From Selaginella moellendorffii (lineage: Eukaryota; Plantae; Lycopodiophyta): 64,000 nucleotides of DNA. The position numbers were made by a program, and so were the translations under genes. This document shows, piece after piece, positions 23,283 to 35,885 of the stretch. How positions within the stretch are numbered: the first letter of the stretch is position 1; the number at the start of each line of letters is the position of its first letter. The notes beneath the pieces are model-generated. The model was not told where the DNA came from, ran no database searches, and saw only the letters and a list, made by a program, of their open reading frames with translations. The stretch covers positions 1,217,430-1,281,429 of the forward strand of contig NW_003314297.1 in assembly GCF_000143415.4 (NCBI RefSeq), given 5' to 3'.

Positions 23283-23683
23283 AAGAGCAGAAAGAATTGT
23301 ACCACACACTATAAATGCCACTATCAATTAAATTTAATTGTTCAATTGCAATTGCATAGCATCAAACAATTGCATCAATTGTTACTTTAAAATCAAAGGA
23401 GGAGGAAGTTACTACTTTGCCATGAAAATAAATGAAAAAGAAAAAAATAAAATAAAAGAAACCGAAAAAAGCAATAAGGAAAGGGAGATTTAGATTTTGT
23501 AAAAACTAAATCTAAAATATAGTCCCAAATTCAAGCACTTCTTAGGGACAATCAAAATTACCCCTCATTTCCACTAATGTGAGTGTATGGAATATAAAAA
23601 TGAAATACAGAAATATACATATTAATTAACCAAAAAATTCTAATTTATATATAATATATAACATCATAACCGTACACCTCACA
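23283..23683. repeat. Right arm of the inverted repeat (partner 894-1355)
   Basis: Reverse-complement similarity to 894-1355. Ends ...cctcaca versus tgtgagg at 894. Confidence 0.85.
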
Positions 23684-23758
23684 ATTTGATATAAAATATT
23701 ACATAAAAAAAATGTTTTCTACATAATTGATGATAGTCATTTTGACCCTTTTGGTTTG

Positions 23759-24636
23759 TCAAGAGTGCCTCACTCCCAACGTTCTCTTTCGCCCTTGGAA
23801 CGCCACCAGGGCATTCTTGTACTCCTCCTCTCCAAAATCCGGCCAGAGCTGCTTCTCAAACACGAGCTCTGAGTAGGCGAGATGCCACAGCATGAAATTG
23901 CTCAGCCGCTGCTCGCCGCTGGTGCGAACAAGCAGCTCCGGCGCGCCAACATCCTCGCACCGCTCGCCTAGCATCAATCTCCTTGACAGGTTGATCTGAT
24001 CGATGTCCTGCACAGCCAGATTCCCCTGCTGCACCTCGCGTGCCAGCGCCTGGCACGCCTGGACCAGATCACTGTGCCCGCCATAGCCAATCGCCATGAC
24101 GAATTTCATCCCCGTGTTGCCGCTGGTGATGCATTGCGCTTCCGAGATCTTGACCTGGAGGGTGCGCGGGAGCCTTGCAGTGTCGCCAATGCAGTGGAAT
24201 TGGATCCCATCCCTGACCAGAAATCCACACGAGTCAATCCAATTCATTCGGACCAGCAACGCTATAGAAACGCCACTCACAGCAGCATGGTGGCAGGATC
24301 ATCGAGGCTGAGAACTCTCTCAAATTGCTGCATCCACTGATCCACCTCCTCCCTGGGCCGCAAGAAATTCTCGGTGGAGAAGGCGAAGAGCGTGAGCGCC
24401 TTGATCCCCCAGTCGCTGGACAACCTCACGATCTCCCGGGCGTTGGAGTAGCACGCCTCCGCCGCGGCTCGCAGCTGGAACTCCTTGGCGATCCCTCGCG
24501 CCTTTGCCCACCGCGAGTTTCCGTCCATGATCATCGCAACGTGGTTGGGGAGCCGCAAAGGATCCACCCCCGCGGGCAAACGCGTCGTCGTCGTCGTCGC
24601 AAGGCGGGAAGGGCAGGGAGCGGCAATGCTGGCCAT
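23759..24636 (-). CDS. cis-prenyltransferase (UPPS/DHDDS family), 2 exons
   Basis: HVAMIMDGNSRWA, FAFSTENFLRP, LLVRTSGEQRLSNFMLW. GT-AG intron ~24280-24214. Confidence 0.92.
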
Positions 24637-25103
24637 GAAAGAAGAGTTAGATTCGAGAAAGACTGTGTGATTCGCTCCAGAGGGACAGGACTACACGTAT
24701 AAATACTCGCAGAAACAAGTTGTTTGCGCCAAGCAAACAGGGAACACCCGGCAAACTAAAACACGTAATACACGATTCCCACGCCGCAATAGAAACACTT
24801 GTATCGCAGAAAAAAACTGTTCGATATGTCGACTACTATAAAAAACCGCAAATTACTTTTCTCATGTGAAACGAACTGATGCTTACCAGAAGAAGGGAAG
24901 CTCGTTTCAAGCATTGGAATTCACCATCGGGAATTCCTCGTCGTCGTCGTCCGACTTGTAAAACCTCTCGTCTCTCTTCGGCGTCTATAATCGCCTTTCG
25001 CTGCTTCTAAGATTTCTGCCCACCACAGCCTGTTTGTTCGTGATAAATCCAAGAAGTTTTGTTCCTTTGGGTGTTTTTTCTTACGCTTACTACTAAAGCT
25101 TGC

Positions 25104-26408
25104 TTATTCATCCAGTGGGAACAATACGCTCTCAGCCACAGTGTCGACTTGCTTACCCTTGATTCTCACCCACGTCTCGGTGACCTTGTCCACCCTGTTG
25201 TCGTCGGCCAGTGTCACCACCGTGAACGCCCTCTCGGAGCTCTTGCTTCGCTCCCGCGGTACCACTGCGCCGTTCACGTACACGGTTCCATTGCTTCCAA
25301 CCGCGGTCATTTTTCGCTCGCCTCCGCACAGCAACTCCTTGTGCATGTGGCCGAACACCACCAGTGGTATCTCGCATTTGCCTTCGCACGACTTGAGTGC
25401 TTCTTCCAGATCTATAAACACAAAATCCAGAGAAAAAACAAGTCATTCGCTAGCAATTGAGTGTAACACGATGGAGCTTCATACCGGGATCGCCGTGGTC
25501 GCCAGCGCCGGGGTCGAAATCTCGTCCGCAGATATCGCCGGGACTTGATCCCAGCCCTGCCAGAAGAAAGCTTGTGGAGAAGAAAACAGAGAAATGAAGG
25601 CTACCAGTGGGTCCATTATGGCCGAGCACAATGATCGCATGCTCTTTTGGAGCACCGAGAGCAAGCTCCGATATCTTTGTTGCGCTTTCCTCAAGACTAT
25701 GGACACCGTACCTGCATTCAGAAAGAAAGAAAGAAAGAAAAAGAAGTAAAGATGAATCCTTACTTAGGCACCAAAAGAAATGAAAAGAATGGATTGGCAA
25801 GCCTTACATCTCCTTGCAGTATGGAAAGCCGAAGAACGCTTTGCGAGGACCTCCCATGGAGAAAGGCCGCGAGCCAACGACTGAGATTTTCAGCCCAGGA
25901 AATTCCAGGCGCTTGAATCCGACATGGCTCTCCCCGAGGCTGCAAAGCAAAGACTTTAGAGACTTGAAAGGAGAAGAAAAAGAAAACCATCACTTACAGT
26001 CTGTGCTGTTGGAGCACTGCGCTGGAAGTTTTAGAGGCATATCTTCCACTGTACCAGCAGTCATGGTTTCCCAAGATCACAGCCTTTGGCATGTCCAACT
26101 TCGACACCTCCTCCACCAATTCCACGTCCTCATTTCCAAAATCTCCTGCTTAGTCGGAAGGATTGAGTGATCTCCCCAAGAAGCATAATTTCTACCGGTG
26201 AAGAGGACGAGATCCGGCTAAAAAGAAAGTGTCAGAGCCGGAAAATCAAAACCCCGAGACTCACATTGATGTGCCGCAATGCTTGCTCGTCCACGCTCGA
26301 ATTCCAGCTCCCATGCTAAGCGATCGATCCATCGGAAAAGAATAAAGATATTTCGATCGAGCTGCTTACCACGTCGCCGACGACCGCGATGACGCGCCCT
26401 CCCCCCAT
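25104..26408 (-). CDS. Calcineurin-like metallophosphoesterase (TIGR04168-like), multi-exon
   Basis: Motifs VVGDV-H, GDFG, ILGNHD, GHNGP, FGHMH across exons. Confidence 0.88.
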
Positions 26409-26475
26409 CCCTAAAACCCTAGAACACGCCAACATTGCAAGACGAATCAAAAGAATAACAGAAATACCGTACTTT

Positions 26476-26567
26476 ACACGTGTGAGATTCTTACGCGCAA
26501 GAAATATTCCACAGAACGTGTACACGTGTCAAGCTGAGACATTGACACGCGTCAAACTTCCACGTCA
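26476..26567. promoter_or_regulatory. Cluster of ACGT / G-box / ABRE-like motifs upstream of the metallophosphoesterase
   Basis: acacgtgt, aacgtg, acacgtgtc, acacgcgtc and ccacgtca within ~90 bp. Confidence 0.5.
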
Positions 26568-26629
26568 CACTGCCAAGTGGACGAGCCAAGGAATATTCCT
26601 CCCTCCTCTACCTGGAGCTAAAGAAACTA

Positions 26630-28246
26630 CTACCAGAGGCTATGGCTGCTCCCGAGATTTTGGTCCTTGAAGCCGTCGTGCTGCGCAAACATCTCGCCGG
26701 CGTCACTAGCCATGGGCGCGGGCGTCGCGTCGCACGGCGGTATGAAGCACTCGGCCGAGAGCCCCGCCACATTGTAGGCCGCCTCGTCGATCCACCATGA
26801 CTCCTCCACCCGGCTGCGTGTGTGGCACATGGACTCCTCCCCGAATCGAAACACGCTCACCACCGTGCTGCCGGCGTGCGGTACCACCGGTGCCCCCTCC
26901 TCCACCGCGCGGTACTCCCCCAGCCGCGTCTCCACCGTCACCTCCCAGTAGGACACCGCGCCGCGCGCGGCCTGGATCCTCGTCAGCTGCGAGTCTTCCA
27001 TCCTCACCAGCAATCCTGAGCGTTGGCTGAAGTAGCCGAACGCCACGTGGCGTATCACCTCCTCCTCCACCTCGGGGTCCGCAGGGTCGGCCCCGGCCCC
27101 GTGACGCGCGGCGGAGGCGTCTGCCGGAGGTACCGCGCGGTACCCTGCGGTAAGTGCGTACGAGTCCGCCGCCAGCTTGAGCACGAAGCAGTCCTCGCCG
27201 TCCGTGCGCTTCTCGCCCACGCACCGCGCGTTGAGGAACATGGAGGCGAGCGTCTTGTGGTCGAGGCCGTGCAGCGCGCGGCGCAGCGGCCGGATTGGCC
27301 CGCGGACCGACTGCGATCCCGCCATGGGGCTCTGCTTCCACACCGTCTTGGCGTCGCAGCCGGCGCGGACCTTGGTACCGCCCACCGACAGCTCCACGTA
27401 CCATCTGTCCGGGAACATCTGCCAGAGGACGAAGCTGCCGGACTCGCAGAGCTCCCTCCCGGGCCGGATGATGCTGCTGGCGGTGGTGGAAGCGGCGGTG
27501 GCGATACCGCTGGTGGTGGTGGTGGTGGTGGTGGGCATTTGCGCGCCGCCGGCGGTGGACTCGAATTCCGTGAGCACCATCTTTAGCCTCCCCGAGGCGT
27601 ACGAGTTGTGGATGGACGTGTGGAGCTTTGCTCCCCCCGTGGCGGCAATGTACTGCTGGACGATGTACTGGGCGCTGCTCGTTTCCTGGCAAAAAGATCG
27701 AGCATTGGATGAGAGATCGAACCTCGAGAGGTCAAATCCAAGAACACACGAGCGCAAGAACCAAAGATCGAGCGAATTCACCGAGAATCCACTCCTAAGA
27801 AAAGACCAATTTCCGCGGCAAACAGAGCACTCGATCAAAGCAATTCCAGCGCAAGAAAAGAGGAACCCACTTGGAATTCCGCGACACGATCGGACCCTCG
27901 AGCTCGGATCGCTCAAAGAATCGCGAGAGAGAATGGATTCAGAACTTACAATTGGGCTGTCTTTGGGGCTGACGGTGGGAGGAATCTTTCCAACCGGGAA
28001 AGGGCCGAGAGAAATTCCCAGCGTCGCCAGCAGCTGCCTGGCTCTGAAGCGCTTGCTGCATTGAGCGATTCCGCCGCTGCCGCGGAGGCCGAGGTGTTGC
28101 AAGTGATTTTCCAGCTGTTCTTTCACCCATCCCTTGACGCCGTTGCTGTTCTTGGCCGCGAATTTGTCCGGGAATTCGAGCAGTGGCGGCAGCGCCTCGC
28201 CCAGCATTGCCACGGTCGGCGACTCGGAGCGTTTCCTAAACACCAT
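26630..28246 (-). CDS. DUF620 family protein, 264-bp intron 27949-27686
   Basis: KDSPI|ETSSAQYIVQQYIAATGG, GSFVLWQMFPDRWYVEL, RPLRRALHGLD, GYFSQRSGLLVRMEDSQL, FIPP. Confidence 0.92.
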   Translation of the reverse strand: MVFRKRSESPTVAMLGEALPPLLEFPDKFAAKNSNGVKGWVKEQLENHLQHLGLRGSGGIAQCSKRFRARQLLATLGISLGPFPVGKIPPTVSPKDSPIVSSESILSRDSLSDPSSRVRSCRGIPSGFLFSCAGIALIECSVCRGNWSFLRSGFSVNSLDLWFLRSCVLGFDLSRFDLSSNARSFCQETSSAQYIVQQYIAATGGAKLHTSIHNSYASGRLKMVLTEFESTAGGAQMPTTTTTTTSGIATAASTTASSIIRPGRELCESGSFVLWQMFPDRWYVELSVGGTKVRAGCDAKTVWKQSPMAGSQSVRGPIRPLRRALHGLDHKTLASMFLNARCVGEKRTDGEDCFVLKLAADSYALTAGYRAVPPADASAARHGAGADPADPEVEEEVIRHVAFGYFSQRSGLLVRMEDSQLTRIQAARGAVSYWEVTVETRLGEYRAVEEGAPVVPHAGSTVVSVFRFGEESMCHTRSRVEESWWIDEAAYNVAGLSAECFIPPCDATPAPMASDAGEMFAQHDGFKDQNLGSSHSLW

Positions 28247-30200
28247 TTCCTTCCCCCTCGATCGGTTCCTAGCTGAGATACTCCCGCGTCGCCATCTTTG
28301 CCTTGATCAATCCCTCCCCGAAAGAAACGCTTGATCCTTTCAAGAGGCGAGGGTTCTCTCGATCTTGCGCGTGAATCAAGCAAAGCAAAGAACAACAGTA
28401 GTGGTCTCCACAAGCCAAGAAGCTACTCTTTCTTGCTCGAAACTTTTCCAGAAACTCTCAGCAAGCATGGAGAAGCAACTTAGATCCGAAATCGATGGAA
28501 GGGCGAAGCGAGCAAGCTTTCGTTCTCTTTCTTTTGATACCACCGACAGCTCCAGACGCAGCACACACACAGACACACGATCTCCGTCTCTGGAAATCTC
28601 TAAACCCTATTCACTTCCACCTTTAAAATACCACCTTTTACTTTCCTGCTTTCCCATTTAACTATTTTCGCAAAGGTGGCGTACCATTTCTTTTGGCAAA
28701 AGTTGGCGGTTTCCAATGCGGCGGTGGGTGGCTGATTGCCATTCATACAATTCTGACTATAGGGGACCTTCCGTACAATGGAATGAAAAACCTTGGAAGA
28801 AATGACCAGCATATGGCTAGGCTTGAAAATATTTGCCAGGACAAAATGGCTCTCGATTGCGATTGGAACTTTCGGTTTGAATGCGTCAATACACTGTAAA
28901 CATTATAAAGTATTTCTTCACACGTGGTTTTGTTTTGTTGTTTTTTTTCTCAGGAAATCACGAGCTGGGCGGAAGGAGGCTTTCGGCTGCTGTCGAGATC
29001 ACAGTCGCGGCCAAAAACTAGGAAAAGAGAGCTTCTGTTAAAACTTCGCAGTTTACACCTTTGATTCGGCAGCTGCCGTGTGCGTGTGACGTCCAAACTT
29101 CCCTTTAATTACTGGAATAGAGACCCCGTCCCCTTGGAAAACATATGGCCCAGAAAACTGAAAACTCCACGCACCATGATGCCTCGTTCTCGTCCCCCAA
29201 AGACGTGCCTCGCAGCAACCCCGCACGTCATGCCCTAGAAACACCTTCGTCACCTTTCACATAACAATGCATATTCTAAGGTTTCCACCACCTTTTGGTA
29301 AGGCTTAGTCTCTTTCACTGTCGTATGCTTGCATGTGCACGACCACTAGCCCATGTAGAGTGTGTAAGACGCAGTGTCTGCATCACGACGAATATCCACC
29401 GAATTTTAGTTACATTTGTTTTTTTAATTCCATCCATCAAAACTAGCCACAGTATGGCGAATCATCTCCCCACGCTACGCCGATCATCCACAGTGGGGAT
29501 CTTTTTCTCTCCTCGGCCAAAATCTCGCTATGAAACCACCACGCCAGAGATCATGCCTGTGTGACGATGTGATTACTTTGGCACGTTGTAACACTCCATA
29601 GCATTTCCCTCATGCGCGCCTGTGGAAATCTTTCCTTTTCTTGCCGGCTCGTCTCACGCGAGAAAATCGCTTGAGCGCGATAAAACCCCAGATATCTGGA
29701 AAGGAAGCAAAGTCAAACAAGCCATAAAAACTCCGCCGGAGCTGTCCGTCACGTCCTAGTCTTGCAGTCAAAGAAGAGAGAGCGAGCGGCCACAGTGCAA
29801 CTCAAGAAAAAAGAGGAAAAAGCCGATAGCTTTGAGGAGAGATCCACTGGGAAAACAACACAAGCGCACATTTAAGCAAGAACTATAGAAAGAAATGTAA
29901 AGAAAGAACGAACCACGGACAGAGAGCGAAAGCTAGCTGGAAAGGAGAAAATTGTCCTTGGTTCGTTGTAGTTTAAGTGATGAAAAGAAGGAGATTGCCA
30001 GTGTCTGTCCCAAGCCAGCAAGAGAATTCCGCAACTTATAAACGTGAGGGGAAAGTACTTGGTATGTGTAAATAGGATGAAACATGTATTTGATCTGCGT
30101 ACAACAACAACACGGCTGCCTGTGTTAAAATACCAACGTACCTTTGGACTGATAGCCTGGTCGCTCAGAACAATCCAAAGCAGTCGTAATGGCATCGCCC

Positions 30201-32062
30201 TCAAAATCCCTTGGAGGCCTCAAGGTACTTTATTTCCCCATTTGAGTGTGGAAGAGGTGGGTCCAAACTTTCGAAGCCCAGTACTGCGTCCGTGAACGCC
30301 ATCTGCACGGGCGAAAAGTTTTAAGGGTGAAGAAACTTTAAGTTTGAGACTTTGCCATTCAATAATACCTCGAGGTCATGCTCCGCGAGCCTCAGCTTCT
30401 CCTTGCAGTTCCTCACATCCGCAAACGCTTGTTTCATCTGCGTAGAAAGAAAATAAAAAACACTAAACACTTGAGCTGATTTCTTACCTGTCTGAGGTAG
30501 TCAAGATGGCTGTTGAACATCGACGTAACATTTGCCAGAGACTGCTCCAGACCCTGCTTGCGAGACAAACATTGTGTTACTATCTCATCTTGCCTCCCTT
30601 GGTGAAATGTTTACCTTGTTCTTGTTCAGCATCTCTTCACTTGTTTTGTTCGCACGGTTGAGGTCGCTTTGCAAAGCCGCTACCTGACATAAACGAAAGA
30701 AAACGCACGGTTACAGCTGTTCAACACCGAGGATGCACGCCCACCTGTTCCCGCCGATCTCGTTGCAATTCAAGAGCTTTTGCAAGCTCCTCTTTCACCT
30801 GCTAGGAGTGCAAGAACTGAGTACGATGGACATGGATGAAAACACGGCTAACCTTGCTATTATCGCCGTTATGTTCCTTGGAGGTTTTTGTTTTCTCAGC
30901 TTTGGTACTGTCGTAGCTGAAAAGAGAAAAATAGAACTTCCGATTAAATTATTCTCTCCATTGAATTCAGCTTCTTACCGATCGTAGCTTGAGACTGGAG
31001 ACGGACTCACGGACCGGCTTGTATCTGAATCGAAAAAAGTTAGCTAACTTAAAATGCAGCCATCGAGAACAACCGTCTCGCGGAGACCGATATCTACGAT
31101 AATAAGGAGAGCGGTCACGACGTCTTCGCTTTGGAGAATAGCGCCTGCGATGACAATCGCCATTAGAGACTTTTCATAGAAAAGAAAAGAACAGAAAAAG
31201 AAAAAAAAAGAAAATCAATCTCACCCGTATCTGTCCCGCCTGTCTTCTCTATCCCTCCGGCTATCCCTGTCTCTGTACGAGTACGAGTCACGGCCACCCC
31301 GGTTCTTCACTTCGTTCACTCTGATGGACCGTCCAGCAACAACCTGAATCATGGAATATATACTTCACACAGAAACAAGAAAAATAAAATAAAATACGGA
31401 TACCTTTCCATTCATTCCGTAGATGGCACCATTAGCAGCCTCCGAAGTGGCAAAAGTGATAAATCCATAGCCCCGGGACTGCCCATCGTGGTCTTGAATA
31501 ATCTGGAAAAGAAAGACGCAAAGAAATAAACAGAAAAGAACTCGGCCAACTCACCAGAGGGACTTAGTAAATCAAGAACATAACAGATTCTGCTAACAAA
31601 AATGCCTAGAAGTGCCATGGATACACTCAAGGAAGGAAAGAAAACCCAGTACGAAAAGCCCAATATAAAAGCCTGAAACTTTCGAAGGACTTGGCAAGTT
31701 CGATCGAAAAGATATCTTATCCCGATGCGTTGCATAGAAATTCGAACAAAAAAACGGCGCCGGGAGAAAAAAATTCCAAAATAAGTGCCACAACTGCGTT
31801 CCATCCATAAACATATGAAGCGAGAAAAGAAAGAACCTCCAAATGCCGTGAAAAACAAGCTAAGAAGCAACGGAACAGGCAGGAGAAAAGAAAAGAAAAA
31901 CCAAAGAATGCAAGCGGAGAAAGAGAGAGGAGCTCGATCGAAAAAACCCACCTTGACTTTGTCGATTTCTCCAAACTCCTCGAACGTGGAGCGAATCAAG
32001 TCCTCCGTGACATCGTATGCCAAGCCGCCAACATAGACAGAGGTCTGATCGCTCACAGTCAT
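30201..32062 (-). CDS. RRM RNA-binding protein with RS/RD-rich region and C-terminal coiled coil, multi-exon
   Basis: RNP2 VYVGGL and RNP1 RGYGFITF, followed by Arg/Ser-rich exons. The last exon ends with TGA at 30201 (C-terminal exon structure less certain). Confidence 0.82.
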
Positions 32063-32327
32063 CGCTGCGAATGCACCTCGCTCTTGCAAGCGCCGATTAT
32101 CGACAGCAGGAGAACAATGCCGAGCTCCGGGAGCACCGAATCGTCCTATCGCCGGCAGTGCCTTACCTTGCTCGGCGCCATACCCAGAGAGAGCACTACA
32201 AACCCTAATCTTGGAGCTTTGGAAGCAAGTCTTCACTATAAAGAGAAAGATTATGGGATAACCGCACTGAAGTTTATACACAGCTGACCAAAAAAGAAGA
32301 AGAATGAGAAAAGCTTAGAAGAGGACT

Positions 32328-35178
32328 CTAGTTGGAGAGAATTTCAAGCTCCGCCCAAAGGAGTGGTGAGCATTTTGGTTGCGCCGCCTCGGGGGAGATG
32401 TTTAATCCTTTGGAGAGTATCGACGCCACCGTCTTCATTGTCGGCCTTTTGCTCGAGTCGGGATGAATGCACAGCCGGATCACCTCGCAGACAACCAGCA
32501 GCTGCTTTAGATCGAAGGATTTGAGCGACGAATCCACCATGTAGCCGAGAGTCTCAGGAGAACTCAAGAACTCTAGAGCCTGCAAGCAAGAGGTTAGAAG
32601 ATCTTCATAGCAAGGAAGCGAGAAACTAAAAAATGAAGAGAGAAAACTAAACTAAGATAGATCGAGAGGCTAGCCAGGAAAGAGAGAAACTAGAAAATGA
32701 GAAGAGAGAACTAGACTACTAGATCGAGAGGTTAGATCTTCATAGCAAGGAAGGAGAGAACTAGAAAATGACAAGAGAGAAAACGAGATTATGCTAGATC
32801 GAGAGAAAAGAAGAGAAAGAAAGAAATGATTTCAGAGAGAAAACTAGACTACGTTAGATCGAGAGAGAAAAAGGAGAAGAGAGAAAACTAACTATGCCAG
32901 ATCGAGAGAGAGAGAGAGAGAGAGAATTAAAGAGTTTTTTACCCATTCCATGAGAGAGCCCTCCTTCTCGGAGTAGGGTAGTCGTCCGGTCACTACCTCC
33001 AGCAGGAACATGCCAAAGCTTAAAACGTTGCTCTCGAAGTCTGGTGCGTGGCGGTCGGAGCCTTCGAAGTCATCGTATCCGATGCTGTTGCTAAAAGATT
33101 TCCTTCGGTCACTTTTGATCACAGCGAGCTTGGAGATTCCAAAGTCGGCCAGCTGCATCGAAAGAACGAATCACTACATGACAAGCGCAAAAGAGGAAAT
33201 AGAGACAATTCGTACCTTTGCAGCGTAGTCCTCCGTGAGATAAATTGCAAAAGAATCGAAGTTTGAGTGGCTAGCAGGCGGCACAAGTTCGTGGTGCATG
33301 TACTCCAGCCCGTATGCCGCTCCCATCACGATCCTCATTCGCGTCGTCCAATCCAGATGATCCGAGTCCACATCTGGATGTGTGTCGTTAGCTACTGAAA
33401 TAAACCAATAGAAAAACTTTGCTTACTGTGAAGATGTTCGGACAAAGTTCCGTTTGGAACATACTCAAACAAAAGCATCCGCGCGAAAGGTTCTTCCTCG
33501 GCACAGTATCCCAGCAAGTTCACCAAATGCGTGTGCTTCATACGCGCAAGTGCCTCGATCTGCAAGCAAACATGACGACATTAGTACAATATACAGTGAT
33601 GACGAGATGTCAGGTGCACCTTACGACGAAAAAATATTTCGGAGCTTGCTGTCCAGCTTGCTGCTGAGATTCTAATACTCGTGACGGCCACTTCTGTTCC
33701 GTTTGAAAGTGTTCCTTTGAAAACAACAGTATCCGGAGACGACCCAATTATGTTGCTGAAGTCTTCGCATGCTGCCTGGAGCTCTGCCCAAGTTAGAGAC
33801 GGGACATCTGTAAACAAAGAAAACGACGGTGTTAGATAGAAATCACACTGCAAACGCCACTAACCCGTTACAAAGACCTTCTGTAGATGTCCACTCATAC
33901 CAGCCTTCCATGGGCTGACCGCCACAGTTTTCCGTTTGTAGAGAAAAACGCCTACCATAAGAAAGACGAACACAACAGCTGAAAATACTGATAGTAGCAC
34001 GGCCAACGTTTGGAAGCCTTTGTGGTGATGACTATAATGACGAAGTTTGACGTGGTGATCGTGGGAGCTGTGAACACCGTTAACTCTCGTTGCGTTGTTC
34101 TTCAGCCTGCTTTGCAGAAAGCGATGAGGACGTTCTGCGATGCCATTATGCAAGTGTGACCATCAGCTGTGAAGCTCGTAAGTCTTACCACAAATGTGCT
34201 TGCTGATTAGACGTTCTGACAAATGTAGACAGTCCCCTACAGTAGCACTACGCACAACCACAATGATATTACAGACCAGGCCTTTGCTTACATGCTTACC
34301 TTGGAAAACATTCAGTAACAAAAGAATTCTCTGACACATCAAGCGTTTGAAGGCTTTTCAGGTTACAAAAAGCACGTCCTGGAATGAATCCGGTGAAGTG
34401 ATTATGGTCCAGGCGCAAATGCCTTAGCCTGACTAGCTTCCCAAATTGCGTCGGCAGACTTCCTTGAAAATGGTTGTTCCCAAGATTCCTTCAGATCAAA
34501 CCCCAAAATGAGCCAAGAACAAATAGTAAGAAGTGAAGATCACTTACAGCGTACGCAAGTTCACTAGATTGCCAACGTTTGGAGGAATAGTGCCAGATAG
34601 ATTATTTCCGCTCAAATCCAAGTGAAACAGTCTCTTCAGAACCCAGAGCTCCTTCGGAATTGATTCAGACAGCTCGTTTCCTCTCAAGTCACTAAAAACG
34701 AAACGTTATCTCAGTCATCGTCCAAATTAAAAGATCAAAATCTCACATTTTCTTCAGAAACTCTAGCCTTGATAGCTCGGGGGAGATTTTTCCTTGAAGC
34801 GACAAATTCACCAGTTCCCTGTTAGACGCACCACTTAGTCCTTGGAAACTCCAGCCTGTCGAGAACACTTACAATTTTATCACCCGGCCATCGGATGAGC
34901 AAGTCACGCCTCGCCACTGGCACAAAGAACCATGGTCCGCGCTCCATCCGCTTAGAGCACCCCGAGGATCGCTCGATATGCTCTGCCTGAAGGCCGACAG
35001 AGCCGATGCTGCGGCAAGACGCGATCATCGACACCGTTGAATCAAAAAATCCACAAACAAACGTACCCTCATTCGCGCTCGTGAGGCAAAATCCACCGTA
35101 TAAGCTGGACACCAGGACAAAGACAAGGGTGCTCAGCATAATCCACGCTCCATCCCAGATCCTCATGACCCTAACCAT
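32328..35178 (-). CDS. LRR receptor-like (probable pseudo)kinase, MRH1/MDIS-like
   Basis: Signal peptide, LRR exons, TM segment, VPSLTWAELQAACEDFSNIIG, YMHHELVPP, no HRD catalytic Asp, and SPLLWAELEILS C-terminus. Confidence 0.88.
32600..32922. repeat. Degenerate GA-rich tandem repeat inflating an intron of the LRR-RLK
   Basis: Recurring agagaaaacta(g/a)acta...tagatcgagag units ending in a (GA)n tract. Confidence 0.7.
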
Positions 35179-35885
35179 GATTTCCTGCGGTAATCGGCAT
35201 CCCTGGAACCTGCATTCCCTAGATTATCGGCCGGAAACGCCAAGGCTGCGAGATTTCCAGGCGCGCAGGCGCCAGGAATGAAGCATCGACCGATCCAGAG
35301 AAAGCCAAGAGAGCCCGCCCCTGCAGCAAAATCCACGCGAGCGCTCTTCAAAGCGCCAGAGGGAAGAGGAGACGCTGCCGCTGCCGCATTGCCCCAGAGC
35401 GCGCAGAGCAAGCCATAAAGAAATGAGAGCTCCGAGACGCCATAGCTGCGCTTTCCAGGGCTCCGTCAGAAAGAGGGGAAAGCCTTTCCCTCTCAAAATC
35501 TTCGCAGCTTCACTGGAAGAGAGACGCGATCGCGGCCGCACATCTCGCCGCGAGCAATCGACGCCTCAGATGCGGGGGGTAATCTATCATTGGACGAAAA
35601 TCGTGCCACGTCATGGGGGCAAATGCGTGGTCCGAAAACCATAATGTGTACGACGGGTACGGCAGTTGGGCCATGGTCGTGTCAAGACAGGGACGCGGTG
35701 CTCGTCGAATTTGTTTGGTCACTTCAAAGCCAAAAGTTGGCGGAGGAATTCCAATCTTGACCTAGAAAAGGGCTTTCCTTTGAATAGTTACATAGTTTTT
35801 GTTGGTGAGCTTGCAAAGCAGCTACCTACATTGCGTATTCAAGGGGTGAAACGCCAGATCCACCGTCAATCCGCGTAATGACCAA

